From Podarcis tiliguerta (Eukaryota): DNA of 64,000 nucleotides. The position numbers and the translations under genes are program-made. Positions 36,171 to 48,520 of the stretch are shown here, piece after piece; positions within the stretch are counted from its first letter, which is position 1; the number at the start of each line of letters is the position of its first letter. A model generated the notes under the pieces. The model searched no databases. It was not told the origin of the DNA and saw nothing but the letters and a program-made list of their open reading frames with translations. The stretch lies in assembly GCA_965153285.1 (NCBI GenBank), contig OZ229117.1; one strand, given 5' to 3'.

Positions 36171-37465
36171 ATGAATACCCAAGTCAGACAGCTGGGTCTG
36201 CCTAGCTCAGCATTGCCCACACTGGTTGCCTTTTCGGGATTTCAGGCAGCAATCTTTCCCAGCCCTACATGGAGAGGCTGGGGATTGAACTTGGGACCTT
36301 CTGCATGCAAAGCAGCTCCTCTGCCACTGAGCTACGGCCCTGTCCCCAAAGTTCTAGCAACTCCACTCTTCTTCAGCCAGTTACAGCAGCCTCCCTGCTG
36401 GGTCATGGCACCCAATGTGCTTCTCAGATGCCACTGCATACCAGCTCCCACCTGTCTTCCCTCCCCACACTGCCCCACCCACAGCCACAGAAGTGCATTT
36501 GCCTTCCCATCCTATCAGAAAGTTTGCTTTAAAAGGGGGAAAATACAGGTCACCTGGGACTTGGAAACAATAGCTCAAGGGATGGGGGCGGGCGGGGGAG
36601 GGGAGCAGAGAAAGAGAGAGAAATGTGATGAATTGGAGAGCTATTGAAGCACTGAGTAGTAAACTCCATATTTTTAACGCCATTTAAATGCCTGCAAGCA
36701 GATTAATAAGGTCTAGGTAATAGCAGAACCAGCCTATATTTATTCTGTCTTAAATGCCAGTTTGTCAGGCTGTATTAACATTGATGGTAAGACTTGGATT
36801 GAGGACAGCAAGTGCTGGGACTCAGGCTTTATCTCTCACAAACAGGCAGCCGCAGACCCTTTATCAGTCTCCTGTTCTTGCAGCAGCCTGCCTCTTCAAG
36901 GGCTGGAGCACCCCCTCCTCCATCAGCCCCCCCCCCCACCTCCCCTCTCTTTTTAATCAGAGGAGAAGAAGTTCCCGGCTTGATCGTTCCATTTTTATCT
37001 CTTTTATTTACTCCATTTTAATGTCTTTCAGTGCATATTTTATTCCCATCAAGGCAGGGCCATTGATAGCTAAGGTTTCTCTGCCTCCTTCCCTCCCACT
37101 CCTTGCAATTTTTTCCCCCACATTGCAGGCACAAAGAAAAGGATGAGAAGGGTTGTTTTTTTTAAGAGAGAGAGAGAGAATTATCCTGTCAACCGCTTTC
37201 CCCAGCTTGGTTTCTCTTTGAGATTGGGCAGAGTTGAGCGCTGGGCCCCTGTTTCGCTGCTTCTGCCGCCCCCCACCCCCTTCTCCAAGTGGCAGAAAGT
37301 TCACAGCCACCTTTGAAGGAGAAAGTGCTGGAGATCTATTTGACTGCTGGTTCTTTACAGGTGGGTGACTCAGAGGGCTTCTGCGGCAAGCGCAGGGAGG
37401 GCCCGTCCGCAGGTGCTAAGAACACAGGAAGCTGCTTTTTGCGTAGGCTAATCTCTATCCTAAAT

Positions 37466-37818
37466 GGGACGTGGGTGGTGCTGTGGGTTAAACCACAGAG
37501 CCTAGGACTTGCCGATCAGAAGGTTGGCGGTTCGAATCGCCGCAACGGGGTGAGCTCCCGTTGCTCGGTCCCTGCTCCTGCCAACCTAGCAGTTCGAAAG
37601 CACGTCAAAATGCAAGTAGATAAATAGGTACTGCTCTGGCGGGAAGGTAAATGGCATTTCGGTGCACTGCTCTGGTTGGCCAGAAGCCGCTTAGTCATGT
37701 TGGCCACATGACCCGGAAGCTGTACTCCGGCTCCCTCAGCCAATAAAGCGAGATGAGCGCCACAGCCCCAGAGTCGTCCGCAACTGGACCTAATGGTCAG
37801 GGGTCCCTTTACTTTTAC
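37466..37818 (+). mobile_element. Full-length Sauria SINE
   Basis: Diagnostic core ctcctgccaacctagcagttcgaaagcac...gcaagtagataaataggtac; (ACCTTT)-type tail; 12-bp TSD CTAATCTCTATC (37448-37459, 37819-37830). Confidence 0.92.
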
Positions 37819-40196
37819 CTAATCTCTATCTCAGGAGACTGATCCAGGCCTCAAAGGAGCATTCTGCCCCCATCCAAAACACTCATTTTGGCTGCAGGGG
37901 AAAGGGGTGGAAAACACTTAGAAACAGCTCTGGGGTGAGTGGAGAGGTTTACATCTCTCTACTACGCACTCTGGTGGGGATTGCAAATTACCCTTTCCCT
38001 GGTCATTGGATTGATGAACAAAGAAGGCCTGATAAGTGTCTCTGCCCTGCACATTCACAGCCCTCTAGACAAATCAGCTGAGGAGGGGAGCTGTGTGCCT
38101 ATGTGTGTGTTTGCACATATAAGAGTGCCGAGGAGGCACACTCACCCCTGGCATGTGGCAAAGGGTGACTGGGGCAGGCCAAGAAAGGTGAGCCGCTTCT
38201 GGTGTCAGGTGACTGGCAGGGGTGGAGCCACCTACCTGCCCTTTTTGGCCCGCAAGGTGAGGAGATAAAGATCTGGCCTGCTGGGCCAAAAAGGTTCTCC
38301 GCCTCAGCAATAGTCCAACCTTAGTGTGGCTGTGCCTTACTTTACAGTGTGCGGTCCTCTATTGGAAATTAACTTCTGTTGGAAAGGCTGTCCATCCAAG
38401 TCTGCTTCAAATATAAATAACTGTAAGACAGGAGGCCTCGTGAGGCCTCAGAGATGCCGTCCGAGGCCTTGTGAGACCTCAGAAGTTGCATCAGGGGCCC
38501 TGCGGTGTGGGGGCTGAGCACCCACAACAAGCGCCTTTAGTTGGCGCTCCTGCTGCTCATTCATTCCTCGTCTGTTCTTTAACCACAGAGGTGCCCATTA
38601 ATCCATCTTTTGCATTTTCTCCTGCAGTCCTTTTACATAACACAAAATGGCAAAGTGGCCTTTCCCCGCCTCCCTTCCCCACTCCTCCTTTCTCCCCCAT
38701 CAGCTTCATTTGCCTTCTGATCAGCTTGACAAAGTCCATTCTGGAAGAAAGGTCAGGCACCAGCCTTGGTCTCCTCCTGGGCTTGGTGGTGCCTGGAGAA
38801 TGCTCAGGACGATGGGAGTAAATGCCCCTCAGCCCAGGTCCCTGGGGCCTAATGCGTTGCCCTATAAACCACAGCGCAGTGTCCTGGGAGGAGGAGAGGC
38901 AACCTTTTCAGCTGAATAATGATTTTAATGGCACAGTTACTATACATTTTCTTTATGCACAAGCGCAGGCTTGGGGCGGGGGGCGGGGAGAGGCTTTGCT
39001 GCTGAGCACACCAGAGATGCTAAAAGGGTAAAATCACTTCATTATACAAAATCAATTCCCTGCTCAGTTCCCTAAGCTTCTCTCCCCCCACTTTTCAGCC
39101 CCACAGCTTCAACCCAGGTGACTGCCTTCACAAGCTCTTAACCAAGGAAGCTGGGGTGGGGGGGGGGAGAGTGAGAGAAGAAGAGAGAAAGAAAACCAAA
39201 CCGTTTTAATTTAGCAGCCATTAGCCTTCTAAAACATCAAAGGCCGGAAAAATGGAAATCCTTATTAGCTAATAAAAAGCCCATTGCTCTCGCTCTCTCA
39301 CTCTTTAATATAATTAACAGCAGCCAGCACTTCAATTAAAGCTTTTGCAAACTTCATTCTCTCTCACAATTACAACCCGGACCCACGTGCTTGTCTCCCT
39401 GCAAGGATTTGCCAGTGGAGAGGAACAGACAAGGAGTTGGAGCTGACCCAGAAACATCCCAGTTCAAAGAGAGGGGAAGGGCTGTGGCTGAGTGGTAGAG
39501 CATAGGTGCTTTGCAGGTGAAAAAGGTCCCGGGTTCAGAGCCTCGCATCTCCAGGTATGGCTGGGGAAAACCCCACTTGAAAACCACAGGCATTGCAGAG
39601 ACAATATAGCAAGGCAAAGGCATCTTTCTATTCAAAGCCAGCCCGCCCATTGGGTAAGCTGAGGCAGCTGCCTCAGGTGGCAGAACTCCAAGAGGCAGCA
39701 CTCCTGAAGGAGCCCCACTGCTGGCAGGAAAGAAGCAGAGGCTTCTGGCAATATCTTGCCAGAAACTGCCATTGTTGCTACTTTGCGGGTGCCACCATGC
39801 AACCCAGATTAGGAAGGTTTCAGCAGCAGAGAGGCAGTAGCAGCGGCAGCTTCCCATTCGCTTCAGGCTGGGCTGCCCCTGCTCCTGTGTTCCTATATCT
39901 GCTCACAGTGGCCAACCAGATGCCTGTGGGAAACCAACAACCAGGACCTGAGCACAAGAGCAATCTTGTTCATGATTTCCACTAACTGGTATTTAGGAGC
40001 ATGCTGCCTCTGATCATAGAAACAGAGAGCATAGACATATTTGCCAGTAGCCACTGATAATCTTATCCTCCATGAATTTGTCTAATTGTCTTTAAAGCCA
40101 GCCAAGACAGTGGCCATCACTATCTCCTGTTGGGAGTAAGTTCCATAATTTAGGTATGTGCTATATGAAGGAAAGCACTTTTGCTGCTGCAGCCAT

Positions 40197-40605
40197 TAGA
40201 GAGGGACAGATCTGTCAGTTTCAGTCCTCTTGGTTTCTCTCCCCCCCCTCCCAATCTTAAACTCATCCCTCCACATTTCTGAAGCATTTTATTGCAATTT
40301 TCTCCTAATAGTCAGCAATTTTTATATGCGATTTTGTGTAATGTACACATCTTTGCAAAGCAGTTTTTGCCCATTTCCCCAAATATAATGTATTGTTGCA
40401 TGTTAACTTCAATAATACCTGCACACTTTACCCTGGTAGATGTGTTTTGTGCACATTACTCGGCTGGGGAAAGAACACTGCAAAACTTGGAGAAGTACAA
40501 ATTTCAAAGGCTGGCTGTTTTTGGGTTGAGCATTGTTTCGTCAAGTGCCAATTTGTTAGGTTTGCCTTTAAATGTGAATTGGATTGAAACCCTCCCCCAT
40601 CCTTA
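40197..40605 (+). mobile_element. AT-rich non-autonomous DNA element (hAT-like)
   Basis: Degenerate TSD gcagccat/gcagcctc; right end catcctta. Confidence 0.75.
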
Positions 40606-41688
40606 GCAGCCTCTGATATTTTCTCTTTCTGGTATTGCCCTAGGGTAGCAGGCATAAAAGGTGAAGTGAGCCAGTTTCAGGCTATTGGTTGCTGTTGCAG
40701 AATTTTGCTTGCCTGATAATTGAAGACCTTTCCCCAGTTTCTAACCCCAACACATCTTACGGCAAAGAGGAGTCATTGTTAGTGGGTGGGTGTTGCTGTT
40801 GCTTGTATTTTTGACAAATATTGATAACATCACTGAAATATTTCAGTTTAGTCCCTTAGAAAAGAATTCTTACTCATTATTTTCCTTTTTAAAAGGCTAA
40901 ATATATACTAAGTGCTTTGCAAAAGGACAAAGTGAATAGGTTCCTTCCCGCAAAGCAGATCACTATCTAGAATGTTTACGGAAGGTCAACAAGCAGCCAG
41001 GGCTGTAATGAGTTTCATCAATGCTCTCTCTATGCTCGCAATCTCCTGCTCCTTTCCTCCTGAACATGACCAGCTCTGGAGCAAGTTAAGAATGGTTGCA
41101 GAGATTTGAGGATGCAGCTGCTGAAATGCCAAGTCTTCACTTCTTGGATAGACTGCTCCTGTTAAGAAGCCATTGTTTAGCACTCACATACCACAACAAC
41201 CACATAACTCCAATTTTCTGTTCCTCCGCCACTAACACTGCATGTATGGATGTGCTTTGAGTGACAGACTGCGAACACAGGGCCACTGAGGAGCCAGGTG
41301 GGTGCTGTGCTCTGTGCACCATGCTGCTCTCACTAAGAAAAAGAGCCTGCTGGATCAGGCCCATCTAGTCCAGCACTCTCCTCTCCTGTGGTTCCCAACA
41401 ACTGGTATTCAGAAGTATTAGTGCCTCCAGCTTTGGAACAGAGCATAGCTAGCTAAGAGCCATTGATAGCGCTCTCCTCCATGAATTTGTCTAACCCTCT
41501 TAAAGCCATCTAGATTGGTGGTCATCACTACTTCCTGTGGGAGTGAGTTCCATAGTTGAACAATGTGCCCTGTGAAGAAATGCTTTTTTTAATCTGCCCT
41601 GACTCTTTCAGCACTCAGCAATTGCACATTACGCCCTGGGTAGGTACCTCAGTCATCTTGCCCTAGTGACACCATAGCAAAAAAAATA

Positions 41689-41934
41689 CAGTCATACCTC
41701 ATGTTACGTTTGCTTCAGGTTGCGCATTTTCGGGTTGCGTCCCGCAGGGACCCAGAAGTACCGGAAAGTGTTACTTCCGGGTTTCGCCACTTGCGCATGC
41801 GCAGATGCACAAAATGACATCATGCACATGCGCAGAAGTGGCAAATCGCGACCCGCACAGACGCGGGTTGTGTTCTGCTCATGTTGCGAATGGGCCTCCG
41901 GAATGGATCTCGTTCGCAACCAGAGGTACCACTG
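41689..41934. mobile_element. Tc1/mariner (Tigger-type) MITE
   Basis: TA|cagtcatacctc ... gaggtaccactg|TA. Confidence 0.88.
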
Positions 41935-42881
41935 TAATGTAAAAGGCATTTTTAAAAGAATAAAAATAAAAATGAAGCCCTTTTCTTTTACCACACGAGG
42001 AGGCTATTTGCATCTTGGCTGAATGGGGCTGGGAGGTCTCCAGGCCTTTGTGGAAACAGGATCTCTGGCACCTTTCCTCCAGGCCGCCAATGCTTTTCTC
42101 TCCTTGACCCGCCTGGGCTGGCCTTCCCCTGGCTGTGACCCCAGAGAAGGTCGAGGGACATCCTCGTCCTGTGGAAAGAAGTCGACAGCTTCCCTCTGAT
42201 GCCTCGCACTCCCTGCCTGCCTTTCCAGCCTATTGTTCCCTGGCAGGGAACTTGGCCAGCTGCCTTGGCTCTCCGCCCCGCCTGGAGGCAGATTCTGGGC
42301 AGCCGTCTCCAGCCGAGTCCCGCTTGCCAGGCCCCGCCAGTGAAGCCGCTCTTCCGTTGCAGCAGCGTGGCAGAGCTGTCAGCCTGGAAGGAACAGCTGG
42401 GTGGGATCTGCTGATAGGTGCACCAGCGGGTCCCTTTGGCTTCCATCTGCTTCCTCGACAAGGTGGCCCCTGTTTATGTATCACTTCAGCCTTGGCAGTC
42501 GATGTGCCAAGCGCAGCCTGGGAGGAACAGAGGAGGTTTGTGGGCATAGGAGGTGAATCAGGAGAAGGAGTTGCAGCGCAAAGCATTGCACTGATCCAAC
42601 CCAAGGGGATGCATTGTCCACATGGATGAGGAAAGTCTCAGGATCCTGTGCAAGAGAGCATATGTCCACTGCAGAGGAGCAGTTACAGAACTCTAGTGCA
42701 GCCTGAGGGGTTTAGCAAGCCTGGGGGAAAGTGTGGGTTTATTTGCTAATGCCCTCAATGTGGTATTTGCACAGGGACTACAATTGGTCAGAAGGGCTAG
42801 TGCTGCTCCCCTCAATATTTCCTGCCACCCCAATCACACCCCAAGGTTTCAGTCACAACCATAATTTTAGATCCTCTATAG

Positions 42882-43139
42882 CAGGGGTTTCCAAACTTTT
42901 GGGGGCCATTGGTTTCATTAACACATCCCCAGTGCCCTCTACCCTGTGCTATAGAAAGCATTATTCAAAACAGCGGTTTGCACAACTCACTAAGAAAGTT
43001 AGTAACACGATAAAATTCAAAATAGTAACAGTTAAAGGCACATTTATTCAAAATCCAGTTAAAACTTGATCCAATGATACCAGTTTTTCCAAGGCTGATA
43101 GTCTTTTATGCTTCCAGGGCCGCAATTTGGGAAGCACTG
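42882..43139. mobile_element. hAT-type MITE
   Basis: TIR caggggtttccaaa / tttgggaagcactg; TSD degenerate. Confidence 0.55.
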
Positions 43140-43557
43140 CTTCATACCATGAATCTAACATTTTCTCCTGTAATAACAGGCTTTGCTGCCTCTTCACACC
43201 CCTAAACTAGTTGTTCTGAAGTTTGCACACTTGCCCAGATGGAGATTTTATATAAACTCGGTTTCTGGGATTCTCCCTAGGCTCAACCCCCTTGTGAGGC
43301 CACACCCCTCACCGCAGCCCTGCACCTTCCTTGAGTGAGTCCTGTGGCCATGCCTCTTCCTTGCCAGGCTGGAGAGAGATGTGTGTGGAGGGGAGGGTTG
43401 CAAGGCTCAGTACAGATCAAAGTAAGGCTTTCCTCAAAGTCGACTCTGGAACTCGCTGCCACAAGAGGCAGTGATGGCCCCCAACCTCATTGGCATTAAA
43501 AGATTGGACAAATTCCTGGAGAAGAAAGCTATTGAAGGCTACTAGCCACAAGAGCTA

Positions 43558-44301
43558 CTAGCCTCAAGAGACTCTTGAGAGTCCCATGGACTGCAAGAAG
43601 ATCAAACCTATCCATTCTGAAGGAAATCAGCCCTGAGTGCTCACTGGAAGAACAGATCATGAAGCTGAGGCTCCAATACTTTGGCCACCTCATGAGAAGA
43701 GCAGACTTCCTGAAAAAGACCCTGATGTTGGGAAAAATGGAGGGCACAAGGAGAAGGGGATGACAGAGGACGAGATGGTTAGACAGTGTTCTCGAAGCCA
43801 CAAACACGAGTCTGACCAAACTGCGGAAGGCAGGGGAAGACAGGAGTGCCTGGCGTGCTCTGGTCCATGGGGTCACGAAGAGTCAGACATGACTAAACTG
43901 TTGGGATACTGCCAGGGAGACAAAGTCCATCATGACTCCACGTCGTCTCCGTTGCGATCCATCGATCTCCCGTAGATACAGTATCAGCAATTAGCGACAC
44001 GAGCTCCTGGAAATAGCTTGCCACATTCCAGAGCTGATGCACGCTCTATCAGCAGAATTCACACAGCGAAAGATGCATGCAGGAGAGCATTATTTACAAT
44101 TTTATTCAGCGTTGGTCAGAACAAAGAAAACATGACTGCCTGCTTCGGTGTCTCAGGCACACAGAGAGAAACGAAAGCAATAGACAAAGCATATACTTCC
44201 TGTGAACAGGAAATACGCAGACTCTGTGACTCACAAAGCCTGCTCCCTTTTAAGGTGGAACGGAAATATCCTAACATAAACGACTAAACAACAACAACAA
44301 C
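43558..44301 (+). mobile_element. 5'-truncated BovB (RTE) LINE with a (CAA)n tail, interrupted by a solo LTR
   Basis: RVPWTARRSNLSILKEISPECSLEEQIMKLRLQYFGHLMRR...KTLMLGK is the BovB RT C-terminus; 14-bp TSD AGCCACAAGAGCTA (43544-43557, 44302-44315). Confidence 0.93.
43899..44276 (-). mobile_element. Solo LTR, 378 bp
   Basis: TGTTGGGATA...TATCCTAACA ends; perfect 5-bp TSD TAAAC (43894-43898, 44277-44281); minus-strand AATAAA near 44101. Confidence 0.88.
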
Positions 44302-45106
44302 AGCCACAAGAGCTATGCCTTGCCTCCAAAGTCGGAGGCAGTATTGCTTCTGAATACCAGTTGCTGGAAACCACTGGAGGGGAGGGTGTTCCTGTGCTCA
44401 AGTCCTGCCTGCAGGCTTCCCATTGAGGCATCTGGTTGGCCACTGTGAGAACAGGGTGCTGGACTAGTTGGGCCACTGGCCCGATCCAGCTGGTTCTTCT
44501 TACGTTCTTATGTTTTCTCTTTGCCCAAATTGAGTGGACCTGAAATCCTTGAGGCCTTTCCAAACGACAGCAAAACTCCTCATTGGATGTTTTTTTTATT
44601 CCTGGGCAGAAGGGCAGCACATGGCCATATGTGCAGATGGAAACCCCTTTGGAAAGCCAGAGGAAGTCTAATCCCTCTCCATCCCCTAAGGGCCCCATCA
44701 TGATCACCTCTCTCTCTCAACTCACCCCCCAGGGCAGCTAATCCTAATCATCCTGCACCACACGGGGCTCCTTCAGATGGCGTGGCCACCACCAGGTCCG
44801 GCCACGAGCTGTTCTTGACGGCATATCTGTATGGCCACACAGCAGAACTGGCAGAGTGGAGACCCTACAGGCCAGCACTGCTGGGCCTGCTTCTAATCCC
44901 CCTCCCCACAAGGGGCTGCCGTTAAAAGGGGATTATTGGCATTTATTCACTTCGGGGCTTGTGGGATTGTTACGGGGTCACCATCTGAGCAGAGGGATTC
45001 CCCGCCAGGCAATCACAAAAAGGAAGAAAAAAATAGTCACCTTAATTTGTCTCTGTGTGTGCTGCCCTGTTAGCTAACATGAAACAAACTAGCCTCTCAA
45101 GATGGA

Positions 45107-45303
45107 AGGGCCATGGCTCAGTGGTAAAATACATATGCTTTACATGCAGAAGGTCCCAGGTTCAATCCCCAGTGTCTCCAGGTAGGACAGAGAATTTCTC
45201 CTATTGGATACCCTGGAGAGCCACTTCCAGTCAGTGTAGACAATAATGAACTAGATGGGTCAATGGACAGACTCGGGGCAAGGCTGAAGTGCTAGCTATG
45301 TTC
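45107..45303 (+). mobile_element. tRNA(Ala-like)-headed SINE
   Basis: gggccatggctcagtggta...tgcagaaggtcccaggttcaatccc (A/B boxes) plus family body; further copies near 8212, 39478, 56770 and 61741. Confidence 0.8.
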
Positions 45304-46419
45304 TGGGCTGAAAAGGGGAAGGATGACATAGAATCGTATAATTGTAGAGTTGGAAGGGTCATCTAGTCCAATCTCTTGCAATGCAGGAATCTTCCCAAGC
45401 ACGTCAGCTGGCTAGTAACTGCACCCAGGTGCCAAATGTACAGCTGAGCTATCAAGAGCCTTGGTGTCAGCCTGATCATGACCCCAGGGAGACCCCTCTC
45501 AAGAATGAGGGGTGGGAGCCTGCAGTGGCCTCCAGTGCAGTTGGAGACCCTGAAGAACCTGCTCCCACAACAGGAGAGTAGCCTGAGTTATCTGGCAACA
45601 AGGATGCCTCATCTGCCCACCTCTATCTGGGTTAGATAGTCCCTTTTTAAAACGTGCAGGTTTGTTTCTTTTAAACATGCCCGTGGCCTTACTTGAAGTG
45701 GACAGTCTTATTCCTGTACACACTATTGACCAAAGCTAGATTGAATCTGGTTTAATAGCCAGCACATTCCTCAAGGAACCCAGGGGAAATGCTTTGTCAC
45801 AGGCACGCTAAGAAACCTTTTAGGAATGATGTTTCCCATGGAACCATTGGCAGAGAGACAGGGCGGACTTCGGACGGGTGAGTTTCAGTTGATCCCGACA
45901 GCACTGATTTGCTGAGCCACAAGGGGAAGGCCATGCCGAAAGGTGCCATTAAAAAATGCCATGGTCAGCATAGTTTAGGGCTCATCCAGACTTCCTTTTG
46001 TACCCTGCTTTCCAGGCACAGGTCAGCACTGTAAAGCTCTATGTCTGAGCATCACCCACCCCCCAATCCTGGCACTTTCTGTAGGAAAACCCACGTTTTA
46101 CTGCAAATGGGCCATCGGGTTTTCCATTAAAAAAACCCCTCTCATGGACATGAAGGTTTAAAACCCGGACCTGCGTCACTGCCTTGAAACTCAGCACAAA
46201 AGGAATTCTGGATGAGCCCTGCGTCTTTCAAAGGGAATGGGTATTATTTGCATACAGTTGCTTTTATGGTGGGATTATTCAAAGGATGGAGCTGATGGAG
46301 CCCTGGTGAGCTTCACAGATCTTTCAGGAGAAGAACCTTTCCAGCAATGCGGTGTTTGGATCACTGAGCCATTTCTGACGCAGCGTTTTCCTTCCCAACA
46401 GAAAGAGGGGGAATCTAAG

Positions 46420-46595
46420 AGCTGATGGGCATTGAAACAGACCACCTCGGAAGGTGGTGGGCTCTCCTTTACTTGAGGTTTTTAAACGGAGATTCGATAG
46501 CTGGGGATTACTGAGCTGAGATTCCTGCATTGCAAGGGGTTGGACTAGATGACCCTTGGGGAACTCTCCCAACTCTACAATTCCACGATTCCATG
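46420..46595 (+). mobile_element. CR1 3'UTR fragment
   Basis: gattcctgcattgcaaggggttggactagatgaccc...ccaactctacaattccacgattccatg. Confidence 0.8.
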
Positions 46596-48469
46596 TTCAA
46601 ATCCCCAATAAGCAGTGTTTTGCAAATGCCGGGCCTGTGTTTTGATCTGCCTTTGTCTTCCCAGCACATGCAGACGCTCTTGGTATTACAAGTGTTGTTG
46701 CATCTGTACGAGAGTGACAATCCATGTTCCTAACAGCTGTACGTCTACTTTGGGGTGGGGTTTGGGGAACCGCATTTCTGGCGCATATATTCTTTTCCCC
46801 AGCGTATTTTCATATTTGCCCGTTCGTGTTTATACAATAGGCTGTCAACAGCATCAGTGTGTCCGAGGGGGGATGATTAGATCTGTTTACGATACACATC
46901 TCCTAAAGCTAGCTTGGGGGGTGGGGGTTGGTTGGTTGGTTGGTTGGTTGGGGGTGAGGATTTCCCCCTCCCTTTCTTTGCAAAATTGGGAGGAGGGAGA
47001 GTGAGGGGATTAAATCGAAAAGGGGAACAGTAATGGTGCGGCAGGTGCAAGTTCTGACAGTTTTGAATGGTTGCCAGCCAGCCTCTGAAATCCTCGGCAC
47101 ATCTGCTCTGATCAGTTGGACAACAGATGGGCCCTGGTTTTAATATTTTTGGATTCGGTTAGATTTAGGAGCTGATGTGAACTGATTGCAGAGCGCAGGT
47201 GTAGAAGAGACACGCAGCTTTCAGGCAGGAAGTGGAGGGTCAGACCGCGGCAAAGCAAAGCAAGTCAAGGCTTCCTTGCACGGGTCTGGGAAACTGTGGT
47301 GGGGGTGGGGGGAACCAGAGAGATGGATTGATGTGGGGGGGGGGGAGCAGGAGGAAGCCCACAGGCTCCAGGGTTTTTCACACGCTCCTCGGGTTTCTGA
47401 TTATTTTTAGTCGGTTGTTTTGAGCATCTAAAGCCAGGGGTTTTTGCTGTTTGGGAGGGAGCCACTGTGCCTTCTGGGCAAAGTTTCTAGGGAACCAGCT
47501 GCAAGGGACTCTGCCAAAAACACACAGAGAGAGACACGCACAAACTTGAGGTTAAGAAGAGAGTAGGGGGAAAGCAGTGCTGGCTGCAAGGGACAGCTTG
47601 AAGAGAGACAGATGGGCAGATAGGACACTTCCAACCAGCAGCAGCAGGCCTGTTAACAAAAAAGAAAGGAAAGGAAAACAAATGGAAAACAAAACAGTCA
47701 GAGTCGTTTTCAGTTATCAGCTGAAATAACCTGCAAATGGAAATGTCGAAAGACTTTGCATTTCTGCAAACACAGGATCCCAGATCATGCCTTGCTAAGA
47801 TGCCAAATGGGTTATTCAATGCCTTTTAGCCACTCTTTGCTTCCTCTGTCTAGGCCATCCTTCCCCTACCTGGTGTCCTCCAGTTGTTTTGGACTGCAGC
47901 TCTTATCAGTGTCCCCCTGCCATGAGCCGCCATGGCCATATGACGTTGGGGCCATTGGGAGTTGCAATCCACAACAACTGGGGAGCCCCGGGTCAGGGAA
48001 GGCATTCTAGGCATGGCTATACGCCACTGTCAGAAGCATCATACCTCTGAATACCAGGTGCTGGGATTTGCAGGTGGGGAGAGGGCTGTTGTGCTCATGT
48101 CCAGCTTGCATGCTTCTCATGGACATCTGGCTGGTCCTTGTGGTGAACAGAATGCCAGAGAAGATGGGCCACTGGCCTGATCCAACAGGCTCGTCTTATG
48201 TCAATGTATAAGCATGGCGAGTTTTTATGGTTCTGTTAACATGCATTTCTGCAGATTCCACCTCTGCAGGTGCTAGTTCTTCCTCCTCATTACCAGCAAG
48301 CCAGTAGCTAACTTGTGAAGATCCCACAACTGAGAAGATCCATGTGGGACAGCCACATGTTGGCCTTCCTCAGAGCAGCATATTACAAAAGATGACCAAA
48401 GTCTCCCCCTGCTAGCGGCCTAGAATGGTTTACAAGAGAGCAACAGCAAGCTTTCCGTAACTGATCATT

Positions 48470-48473
48470 TTCT

Positions 48474-48520
<47 letters not shown>
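48470..48520. repeat. (TTTC)n microsatellite
   Basis: Direct sequence. Confidence 0.95.

Noticed and set aside
38530-38549. AGCGCC...GGCGCT quasi-palindrome resembling CTCF
   Set aside because: Mismatches at high-information core positions on both strands
42135-42629. 164-aa GC-rich ORF
   Set aside because: Several frames on both strands are open because of GC content; no recognisable protein or convincing splice sites
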